Source: an uncultured Gammaproteobacteria bacterium (lineage in GTDB: Bacteria; Patescibacteriota; Microgenomatia; CAYGWK01). Taken from it: 64,000 nt of DNA. Below are positions 46,796-54,840 of this stretch, one piece after another. The notes beneath the pieces are model-generated. The model was not told where the DNA came from. It searched no databases and worked only from the letters and a program-made list of their open reading frames with translations. The position numbers were made by a program, and so were the translations under genes. The stretch covers positions 26,982-90,981 of the forward strand of contig CAYGWK010000001.1 in the NCBI GenBank assembly GCA_964353785.1, written 5' to 3'. How positions within the stretch are numbered: the stretch's first letter is position 1; each line of letters opens with the position of its first letter.

Positions 46796-48456
46796 AAACT
46801 AAGCAATATTTTAAGACTTTCCACCGGGAGACGCTTTTTATTAGCAAAGATGAGAACTTTAGGGTGGTCGTAGACTTGGAAGGTCTCCTCGGAAGTGTCA
46901 TCGTTGATGGTTATTCCTAAAAGTGAAGGATAAGAAGAAAATTCGGCAATTTTAGTGTAACCCAGTTCTCCAGCAAATAGAAGTTTATAATAGCGACTGG
47001 TTATTGGATATTTTTCTGGCAGATTAATTAAAGTTCCATATAGCCGGCGACTGTTAATGACAATATAATCTGCTTGAGAAAGTTTTTCTGCATAGTAATT
47101 AATTTTTTGAATATTGTCTGGTTCATAAATGGTGAGTGCCTCAATTTGGTATTGGCCTGGATTATCTGTATCCAGAGGAATAGGTAAACCATCATCCCAG
47201 TGTTCACCTAAGATTTTTGCTCCTTTTGGAATATTTTGATAAATAAAGCGAGAAGCAGCGATTCTAGTGGACTGCCTGGTATAAATAGAGAAAAAAGCCA
47301 AGGACCAAAGAAAAGTAAGAGCAAGAAAAAGAGTAAGAGTTATTCCGCCAAAAATCTTAGATTTTTTCCAAACCCCAAAAAGAAACCAGGCAGCAAAAAT
47401 TGCTAAAAATGGCAAAACTGGAACCATAAAGCGGATAAATTTTGTGTGCCAAGAGCCGACATAGACAAAATAAACAACGGGAAATGAAAGTAAAATAAGC
47501 AAAGCTTGTTGTTTCGCAATTAGGAGTTTTTTATCGCGAGTTTTGAGAGCAATTACTAAGAGTAAGATTGCTCCCAAAATCCCCAAAAATGCAACTGGGC
47601 CCATTTGCCAAAAAAAGTTTTTAATTTGGAAAAGATAAGGAAAAGTTTTTTCAAACTGGAGAACATAAACAACTTTAAGTCTCCCCAAAACCACTCCAGT
47701 TTCATAATTCATAGACTCTAAAAATTTTTGTTTATCTAAAAATGTGTAAGGAGAAAACACAAAAAATGTTAAAAAGCCCACCAGAAGAGAAACTAAAAAT
47801 CTGAACTGATACTTTAAATATTTAAAGTGGACAAGAATTTGAACAGCGATTGGGATAATCAAAAATGAAAGGGCTGAAATCTTGGTTGCTACTGCCAATC
47901 CCAAAATAATTCCTATTTTTAGATAATTTTTAAAAGTTGGGTTTTGAGAGATTTCAAAAGAAAAAATAGAAAGAAGTACAAGCCAGAAAATAAGCATGTT
48001 TTCGGTCACGCCAAAATGGGCGGTTTGGATAAGAGAGGGGCAAAAAGCGACAAGGAATGAAGCTAAAATCCCAATTTTCTCATCCCAAATTTTTTTGGTC
48101 AAGAGGAAAACTAAAAGAATCGTTAGCGATGACAAGAAGGCGGAAACACCTCTACCGATAAGATTAATGTAAGCCCAATTAGAAACCCAACTTTGGTTTT
48201 TAGTTATCAAGACCAAAAAATCGCCAATTGCTCGATAAAGATAAACTGGCAGTCCTCCATAGGCAAAAAATTCTGGGTTAAGTTGGTCAAAAAAGTGGAT
48301 ACGAGAAACCGCTGAAGCAATATTTCGTTCGTCGGGATGAAAGAAATGTCCTTGGTCCCAATTTAAATTATAGAAACGGAGAAAAGCACCAATAAAAGCA
48401 ACAAGCAATAAGCAATAAGCAATAAGCAAATTTTGACTAGGAATTTTCAATTTCAT
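46792..48456 (-). CDS. GT-C fold glycosyltransferase
   Basis: HPDER, FFAYG, EHWDD and EETFQVYDHP motifs. Confidence 0.85.
   Translation of the reverse strand: MKLKIPSQNLLIAYCLLLVAFIGAFLRFYNLNWDQGHFFHPDERNIASAVSRIHFFDQLNPEFFAYGGLPVYLYRAIGDFLVLITKNQSWVSNWAYINLIGRGVSAFLSSLTILLVFLLTKKIWDEKIGILASFLVAFCPSLIQTAHFGVTENMLIFWLVLLSIFSFEISQNPTFKNYLKIGIILGLAVATKISALSFLIIPIAVQILVHFKYLKYQFRFLVSLLVGFLTFFVFSPYTFLDKQKFLESMNYETGVVLGRLKVVYVLQFEKTFPYLFQIKNFFWQMGPVAFLGILGAILLLVIALKTRDKKLLIAKQQALLILLSFPVVYFVYVGSWHTKFIRFMVPVLPFLAIFAAWFLFGVWKKSKIFGGITLTLFLALTFLWSLAFFSIYTRQSTRIAASRFIYQNIPKGAKILGEHWDDGLPIPLDTDNPGQYQIEALTIYEPDNIQKINYYAEKLSQADYIVINSRRLYGTLINLPEKYPITSRYYKLLFAGELGYTKIAEFSSYPSLLGITINDDTSEETFQVYDHPKVLIFANKKRLPVESLKILLSL
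47494..47523 (+). repeat. 24-bp element, copy 5 (diverged, in frame in GT-C)
   Basis: AATAAG-CAAAGCTTGTTGTTTCGC-AATTAG, encoding LI-AKQQAL-LI on the minus strand. Confidence 0.8.
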
Positions 48457-49657
48457 TGGCGATTTTTTCTCCTAACTCTATGGCATAATTTATTCCTCGG
48501 TCCCAGGGATAAAATTGTTGCATGTTGGCAAGAAAGACATTGGGGATTGGGGTTTGAGGCGGAGGAATAAGACTGGAATAGTTTACCGGAATAACGGGTT
48601 GGGCATCAAGACTGTGTGACAAGTGACAAGTGACAAGTGACAAGTGATTAAATTTTGGGTTGATTTTCTGAAGATAGGGCAAGAATTCCTTGAAAATTTC
48701 CTCTTTGGTCATTTTGAAATAGGGGTGATTTTGGGGATAGTAGCCACCAACATAGAGAAGATGATTTCCACCGTAATATTTTTGGTCAACAAAATTAGTA
48801 TGTTCAACCACGGCCACAAAAGGAAGACTAGGTTCGTTGATATTCAACCAATAAGTGCCACCGGTTAAGAATTTTTCTTTTAGAACCAGAATTAAATTAA
48901 GAGCCCCGAGCATTTCTGGCAGTTTTGTTTTTTTGAAAAATGTTTGGGTTGGAGTAGTAATAATAACCCTGTTAAACTTGTTAAAATGATTTAAGTCATT
49001 TAAGGAAGTAATTTCCTGGTTTAGATAAATTTCTCCACCGCCATCTCTTATTTTTTCTACCAACCTGTTAATTAAAACCTGAAATCCGCCCTCAAAATAT
49101 CCAAGTCTCTGACTTCTTTTTTTGATTCTTGCCCAAAACCAAGACATAGAAATTTTTTCTGCCTGATTTCCAAATTTTCCTAAAAGGAGTGGTTTCCATA
49201 AAATCTCAAAAGAGCGTTTTCCATAATATTTTTTAAGCCAGGAAAAAGCAGTAATATTTTCAAAAGATTTCCAGTCGCTTGTTAGTTTTAAATAACTAGT
49301 GATTATTCCAGTACGAAGTCTGTTAGGAAATGAGAGAAAGGGAAAAGAGATAAGAGATAAGGGAGAGTCAAATTGAGAAATTTTTCCTTGATAAAAAATT
49401 GAAGTTTTTGGTCGAGTGTAAAAAAGTTTGCTGGAAAGTCCAAGTTCGGATATTAAATTCTGGGCTGCCGAATCAGAGGTAAATAGATGATGGAAAAAAT
49501 ACTCCAGAGACCAATCCCAACCTTTTTCTTTAAATCCGGCGGCTAAGCCTCCGGGAAATTTTTCTTTTTCAAAAACAGAAACCTTATGTCCCTTTTGGGA
49601 AAGTCTATAAGCAGCGGCTAAACCAGTAAAACCTGCTCCGATAATGACAATTCGCAT
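48437..49657 (-). CDS. FAD-dependent oxidoreductase (amine oxidase/protoporphyrinogen oxidase-like)
   Basis: IIGAGFTGL dinucleotide fold, YFFHH and YPWDRG motifs. Confidence 0.88.
   Translation of the reverse strand: MRIVIIGAGFTGLAAAYRLSQKGHKVSVFEKEKFPGGLAAGFKEKGWDWSLEYFFHHLFTSDSAAQNLISELGLSSKLFYTRPKTSIFYQGKISQFDSPLSLISFPFLSFPNRLRTGIITSYLKLTSDWKSFENITAFSWLKKYYGKRSFEILWKPLLLGKFGNQAEKISMSWFWARIKKRSQRLGYFEGGFQVLINRLVEKIRDGGGEIYLNQEITSLNDLNHFNKFNRVIITTPTQTFFKKTKLPEMLGALNLILVLKEKFLTGGTYWLNINEPSLPFVAVVEHTNFVDQKYYGGNHLLYVGGYYPQNHPYFKMTKEEIFKEFLPYLQKINPKFNHLSLVTCHLSHSLDAQPVIPVNYSSLIPPPQTPIPNVFLANMQQFYPWDRGINYAIELGEKIANEIENS
48616..48650. repeat. Heptamer tract GTGACAA x4 plus a variant
   Basis: Read directly; encodes NHLSLVTCHLSH. 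Confidence 0.95.
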
Positions 49658-49686
49658 GGCAATATTTTAACACCGGACGAGGTTTT

Positions 49687-50193
49687 TTAGAAGGCTAAAA
49701 CTAAAGCCAGTCCTAAAATTAGAATTCCTCCAAGGACCGCTCCCCAGGTTGGGGCAGAAAAACCTGCTGGAGGAAGTTCGACCAGAGTTGGGGTTGGAGT
49801 AACTTCTTCCGTTGGTGTCGGCGTAACTTCCTCAGTTGGAGTTGGGGTAACTGTCCCGGTTGGAGTTGGAGTAACTGTTCCTGTCGGAGTTGGAGTCGGT
49901 GTTTCAGTCGGAGTAGGCGTAGTTGTCCCAGTTGGTGTTGGAGTTGGAGTCTCAGTTGGTGTTGGAGTTATTGTTCCGGTTGGCGTCGGGGTGGGAGTGA
50001 GCAGAGTTATATTAAAGGTTAATTTGCACTCTGAAATTGGTTCTCTGGCAGGAGCCGGGACCGGAACAGTTGGAGCAACTGGTTGTTTGCCAGCTTGATA
50101 GAGTTTAATTGCCGTTATCACCGCGATTGCTCCCAAGGCTATTGTAGCTAGAGCAATTAAGATTAGATACCAATTTTGTTTTAATCTATTCAT
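49687..50193 (-). CDS. Pro/Thr-rich surface protein with LPPAG + TM C-terminus
   Basis: N-terminal TM, (TP)n linker, LPPAG then hydrophobic tail. Confidence 0.75.
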   Translation of the reverse strand: MNRLKQNWYLILIALATIALGAIAVITAIKLYQAGKQPVAPTVPVPAPAREPISECKLTFNITLLTPTPTPTGTITPTPTETPTPTPTGTTTPTPTETPTPTPTGTVTPTPTGTVTPTPTEEVTPTPTEEVTPTPTLVELPPAGFSAPTWGAVLGGILILGLALVLAF

Positions 50194-50196
50194 AAT

Positions 50197-51735
50197 CTAC
50201 CACCAACCTAAAACCGGATTGTAGACCATCGATTCAACTGCATAACTTCCGGCTGAAGGAATGGTGTACTCGATATAGAATTTGTTGTCGTGTTTTTCGG
50301 TTGTCTGTTGCCAAGAGCCGACTACCCCATCAATAGTAATTCTAAAGCGAGCCTTAGTAATTCCCTGGGCATGGGTTGTTGCCCCCCGAGTAGCAAAATA
50401 AACAGTTTGGCCAACAGTTAAGGTTGACAAATCTGGAATTTCATTCCAGTCTGTATCGTAAACTTTACAAAAATCGCAACGGGCAGTATCTGGTGGTGGA
50501 GGCGTTGGGGTAACTTCCTCCTCACATCCGGTGGTTTTACAGGACCCACATCCCCCTCCGCCGGCTTCGGTCCAGAAAACCTCTATTTGACCGCATTTGT
50601 CTGCTCCTAAAGAGAATTCCCTAGAAGTTCCAGCATTTACCACCACCGTGGTTCTACTTGCTTCTTTGGTGCAAGGACAAACACCTGGACCGCAGATATT
50701 TTTCTGAACGGTGACATTAAAGTTGGTCCCAGTTTGATTTTCAACCTTGACCTTACCCGGGCCGGTTTCGCTACAACCACTTCTGAATCCCCCTGAACAC
50801 ATTCCATTTGCCCAACAACAGAAAGGATTTCCTTGGGAACTTTTACAACATTGGCCGCCGCTCCCCTCACAGGTAGCAATATCACCAGGAAGACCAGCGC
50901 AACCTACCTTAGTGAATCCATGGGGGGAACAATAATTTCCACCAGGAGGTTGAGTAGGGGTGGGAGTGACTTTTTTACATTGGTCATTATTAGAACACTC
51001 TGGAGTACATGGTTCTCCCACGGCGCACACCTGATTTACACATTGTGTACCAACGCATTTTTTGGTGTAGCCGGGAGTATTACAGTCCCTACTACTATAA
51101 CCGCTTTGACAGTAGCCATTGGGAATGTCGCAAATTTTTCCATTAGCACCACAATTTTTATTATAAGCGCAACAAGCAGGGTTGCACCCACCATCAACAT
51201 CACATTTATCCAAATTGGCGCAGGTTTCTCCGGGTGAACCATCTTTTTTAGTGCATTTTTGGCTAGAAGGTGGTGGTGTGGGTGTTGGCTCTTCTCCTCT
51301 TTTACAAATGCAACTTCCGCTATAAGGATCGCCTTCCCAGGCGCAACCGCTTCCAGCCCAAGTCCAACATTCCTTATTGTCACGGGTGGCGCTACAATCC
51401 CGGTCGCATCCTGCTGCCTTTGGGGCAAAAACTCGACGTTGAACTAGATAGACAGCACCTGGAACTGAAACAAGAAGAACAAGAAGAATAATTGAAGCCA
51501 TAATGACTTTTACTCGAGATTTTTTGGGCGGAGTGGAGATGACTAAAGAAGGCTCCTCTGATGGTGGTGGAGATGGAGGAGTTGGTTCGACTGGTGTTTC
51601 TGCTGGTTTGGGTGGTCCTTCAGGAGGTAATCCCGGTGGTGGTTGAGGGGGTTCAGTTCCGGGAACTGAAGGAGTAATTGGGGGAACTTGGACCGTTGGT
51701 CCACTTGGTTGATTTAAATCATCTGGCATGGGCAA
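50197..51735 (-). CDS. Cys-rich exported protein
   Basis: Pro-rich cytoplasmic N-terminus, TM helix, dense Cys region. Confidence 0.7.
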   Translation of the reverse strand: MPMPDDLNQPSGPTVQVPPITPSVPGTEPPQPPPGLPPEGPPKPAETPVEPTPPSPPPSEEPSLVISTPPKKSRVKVIMASIILLVLLVSVPGAVYLVQRRVFAPKAAGCDRDCSATRDNKECWTWAGSGCAWEGDPYSGSCICKRGEEPTPTPPPSSQKCTKKDGSPGETCANLDKCDVDGGCNPACCAYNKNCGANGKICDIPNGYCQSGYSSRDCNTPGYTKKCVGTQCVNQVCAVGEPCTPECSNNDQCKKVTPTPTQPPGGNYCSPHGFTKVGCAGLPGDIATCEGSGGQCCKSSQGNPFCCWANGMCSGGFRSGCSETGPGKVKVENQTGTNFNVTVQKNICGPGVCPCTKEASRTTVVVNAGTSREFSLGADKCGQIEVFWTEAGGGGCGSCKTTGCEEEVTPTPPPPDTARCDFCKVYDTDWNEIPDLSTLTVGQTVYFATRGATTHAQGITKARFRITIDGVVGSWQQTTEKHDNKFYIEYTIPSAGSYAVESMVYNPVLGWW

Positions 51736-53092
51736 GTATTTTTTCTACAACAAAACCAATCAAAATAAATACTAACCCCATTATGAAGACCGAAAATGTT
51801 GGTGTCAAGTACCCAGGACTGGGGACCCCGGCTTCGGTTGCTGGCATGGCGGTTCGGGCCGAAGGAGTGGCAGTTGGACTGGGAGTTAATTTTGGAGTTG
51901 GTTCGGGCGTTGGAGTAATCGTTGCTGAAGGAGTGGCGGTAAAGGCCGGAAGTTCGCTTTCTCCGGCCGCCAAAACTGTAAAAGTTTGAGAAATTGTTTT
52001 TCCCCCAAGAGTTACTTTAACGGTATGAATTCCGGGAGTTAAATTTGTTGGTGGAGTAAAACTCCAGTCTCCTTGACTGTCAGTCTTTACAGTTCCGGTA
52101 TAGGTTGGGGACTCAATAACAATTTGAATTGTTTGATTGACTGGTCCGGTCCCTAAAATCTCCGGTTTTTGCGTTGAGATTTTTTCATTTTTTTCAGGGC
52201 TTATTATTGCCAACTCAACTGATTCGGTTGCTTCCTTTGCTGGAGCAAGTTCGGCGAAAGAAAACTTAGATGAAGGAGTTGCCTGGACTTCGGATTCTGG
52301 CTGGGGAGACGGAGTAGGAAAAACGCTTTCCTCTTCCTCAGGCTGTGCTGCCTGGCGGAAATCATAACTTTTACCCAAGATTATTTCGGGAAGAGGATTG
52401 TCGTTTTTGGTGGTGGTAATGACGGTGGCCGTCCCGCGCAAGCCTCCCTGAACAAAAATTTCTTCAACTTGGGCTTCTTTGTCATAGGAAGCAAAGCCTA
52501 ATAAATCTTCCGAAAGAGCGGCGCTTAAAGGAATAATAAAGCTTCCAGAAGAACGAACAAGGGCGGATTGAGGAGTAACGTTAGCCATTTTAAAATAAAC
52601 AATTGCTCCATCAGCCGGGGTGTTATCTGAGCCAAGGATTGTTCCCGAGACGAGATCGCTTGGAGGAAAAGTTCCAGAAATAGTTCCGGCAGTGGCTACC
52701 TCATAAGGCTTGCCAGAGTTATCAAAAATTTTTCCTCCAGAACCAAGTTTGAAAAAATAAGTAGTTTTTGGTTTCAAATTTTTTAAGGTGACATGGTGGG
52801 CTTGAAAAGAACCTGTTGAACCCGAAATTTGGTCTCGGTCGTCAGCAAAAGTCTGGCCCAAAGAAGATGTTTCTCCAAAACGGACAAAGCCCGAAGCCTC
52901 TTTTTCAGTGGTCCAAGAAACAGTAAAAGAAGAAGAGGACAGATTGGTAATTTTCATCCCGCTTGGGGTAATTTCGGGAGAGGCTTTTAAGAAAAATACC
53001 TGGCCTTTTTGAATAAGGAGCACTCCAGCAAATAAGGAAACAAGGAGAAATAAAATTGCTAAAATTGTGGGAATTTTTTTATCACGAATCAT
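51719..53092 (-). CDS. FN3/purple-acid-phosphatase-N-like plus Ig-like surface protein
   Basis: ITNLS..FTVSW..HHVTL.NL.P.TTYFF, Ig-like domain, C-terminal TM. Confidence 0.75.
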   Translation of the reverse strand: MIRDKKIPTILAILFLLVSLFAGVLLIQKGQVFFLKASPEITPSGMKITNLSSSSFTVSWTTEKEASGFVRFGETSSLGQTFADDRDQISGSTGSFQAHHVTLKNLKPKTTYFFKLGSGGKIFDNSGKPYEVATAGTISGTFPPSDLVSGTILGSDNTPADGAIVYFKMANVTPQSALVRSSGSFIIPLSAALSEDLLGFASYDKEAQVEEIFVQGGLRGTATVITTTKNDNPLPEIILGKSYDFRQAAQPEEEESVFPTPSPQPESEVQATPSSKFSFAELAPAKEATESVELAIISPEKNEKISTQKPEILGTGPVNQTIQIVIESPTYTGTVKTDSQGDWSFTPPTNLTPGIHTVKVTLGGKTISQTFTVLAAGESELPAFTATPSATITPTPEPTPKLTPSPTATPSARTAMPATEAGVPSPGYLTPTFSVFIMGLVFILIGFVVEKILAHAR

Positions 53093-53093
53093 C

Positions 53094-53363
53094 TTAAATT
53101 TCTCCAGACACGGTAGCCTCGGGCGTTGGGATTATTGTTGGCAAAACAAGCACCCCTTCTTTTATTAATAAACGTTTTGAGAGATTTTCAAAAACTTTAC
53201 TTTCAAGTTCAGGGTTAAGCGGAGAAATTTGTTCTTTTAAAACTTTAGGAACCTCGGCCTTAGTGAAGGCACGATAAGTATCAAGACTAATCCAGGTTAA
53301 GGTGGTGATGACCGTTAAAATTGAAAGAAAAAATAAATCTCGAGAAATTTTTGGGCGTTTCAT
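53094..53363 (-). CDS. Small bitopic protein in the pil cluster
   Basis: Single TM; translationally coupled to pilO. Confidence 0.6.
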   Translation of the reverse strand: MKRPKISRDLFFLSILTVITTLTWISLDTYRAFTKAEVPKVLKEQISPLNPELESKVFENLSKRLLIKEGVLVLPTIIPTPEATVSGEI

Positions 53364-54025
53364 AATTCTTTTTTGGGCAGAAAATAAACTTTTCCTGAAA
53401 GATTTAAACTCATTATCTTCTCTTCCTCGCCCTTTCTTTGGGTAAAAGTCAAAGAATCAATTGTGACGATTCTTCTTAACTGTTCCAAAGAGGAAACAAG
53501 TTTGGTTAAATTTTCAAAGTTTCCAGTTAGAGACAAGGAAAAGGAAAGCGTATCTGGGCCAGGAACTTTTTTGGCGATTCTTTTCTCCTTTGGTTCTCCA
53601 ACCAACGTTACCGGCTCAAAAGCCAAAGAAGTGATGGTTAGCTCTTGCTGTTGGACCAAAATTTCAAGTTGGTAAACAATTTGGGATAAAGAAGGCTCAG
53701 CCGGCAAGGCGTCGTCGACCAGCGGCAGAGAATTTTCCATAAGAGCGTAATTTGCTTGGGCGGATGCTAAAGCGTTTATTTTAGTCTGAAGTTCGCGGTC
53801 AATCTGTTTTTTGCTTTGTTGTTCTTTAACTAAAGAGGCGATGGTGACAATTGTCGGTTTTAAAGCAAAAACTCCAAAAAAAGCAATAGTTAGGAGAGTT
53901 AGGGTTAAACCGGTATAGACAACCACCTCTCTCTTTTGGTAGAGTCGGCGGATATCGACAAAATAGTGTTGATAGCGATGATATTCAGTTTTTGGATTAA
54001 ATGGCACTTTTTTCTCCTCCGCCAA
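53360..54025 (-). CDS. pilO: PilO-like type IV pilus alignment protein
   Basis: TM, coiled coil, ALP, G.FENL..LEQLRRIVTI. Confidence 0.75.
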   Translation of the reverse strand: MAEEKKVPFNPKTEYHRYQHYFVDIRRLYQKREVVVYTGLTLTLLTIAFFGVFALKPTIVTIASLVKEQQSKKQIDRELQTKINALASAQANYALMENSLPLVDDALPAEPSLSQIVYQLEILVQQQELTITSLAFEPVTLVGEPKEKRIAKKVPGPDTLSFSLSLTGNFENLTKLVSSLEQLRRIVTIDSLTFTQRKGEEEKIMSLNLSGKVYFLPKKEL

Positions 54026-54557
54026 TATATTTTGCCGTCAGTGAAAAGCGAATTCCTGCCTCTTCTCCGGTTTTTTTAGATACAGAAGAAAGGGTAACTT
54101 CGGAAAAACTTGGAGACGTTGCCAGGCCCGCTAAAAAACTGCCGAGCCCTTCCTCCGAAAGAGCCACTCCTGAGAGTTTTACCGCTTCTTCATCAAAGGA
54201 AAAACTAGAGAAGGAAACATCCCCGGGGGTGAGTGCCGAAATTGCTGAAACTATTGAGGTTACCTTAACTTGCCCCTTTTCTAAATTTTTAATCTCGGAA
54301 AGTCTTTTTTGCAAGAACAGAAAATCTTGTTCAAAAGAAGAGGAAGAAGCGATAATTGCCTGTTTTTGCTTAATTTGATCGTAAAGGTCAGCAATATCAC
54401 GATCAAGTTTAAATCGAGAAAGAAAAGCCAAAATAACAACCAGTTCCGTAAAAACAACAATCCAGCGTCCAATCGAAAGGGCCCAGAGTAAAAATTTACC
54501 TAGAGGCTTTTTTTCGAACTCTTCCCGTGGTAGAAGGTTGATTTGACTTTTGGGCAT
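53997..54557 (-). CDS. pilN: PilN-like type IV pilus alignment protein
   Basis: INLLP N-terminal motif, TM, ferredoxin-like C-terminus. Confidence 0.8.
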   Translation of the reverse strand: MPKSQINLLPREEFEKKPLGKFLLWALSIGRWIVVFTELVVILAFLSRFKLDRDIADLYDQIKQKQAIIASSSSFEQDFLFLQKRLSEIKNLEKGQVKVTSIVSAISALTPGDVSFSSFSFDEEAVKLSGVALSEEGLGSFLAGLATSPSFSEVTLSSVSKKTGEEAGIRFSLTAKYIGGGEKSAI

Positions 54558-54822
54558 GGCTTTTTCTAGTATAGTGAACTTTACCAGACTTTGTCAAAAG
54601 CAAAAAAAGTCGTCTCTTAAGTCGCGAGGCTCTCTTTTTAGGGATGACCCCTTTTTTGGCTGCCTGATCAAGAAGACTTTCGGCTGTCCTGACATTCTCC
54701 AAGGAAATTTTTTTTCGGGCAAGGGAAAGAGCCGTTTTAACTTTTTGGGAAATCAAAGAATTTACTCCCGCTCGACGGCGGGAAACCCGAAGAGCCTTTT
54801 TAGCACTTTTGGTTTGTGGCAT
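54496..54822 (-). CDS. rpsT: 30S ribosomal protein bS20 with C-terminal extension
   Basis: MPQTKSAKKALR..LDQAAKKGVI.K.RASRLK. Confidence 0.92.
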   Translation of the reverse strand: MPQTKSAKKALRVSRRRAGVNSLISQKVKTALSLARKKISLENVRTAESLLDQAAKKGVIPKKRASRLKRRLFLLLTKSGKVHYTRKSHAQKSNQPSTTGRVRKKASR

Positions 54823-54840
54823 TTGAAGATATAATATATC

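Noticed and set aside
49780-50000. DNA-level tandem repeat element in (TP)n regions
   Set aside because: Codons vary synonymously, so this is protein-level low complexity in a linker.
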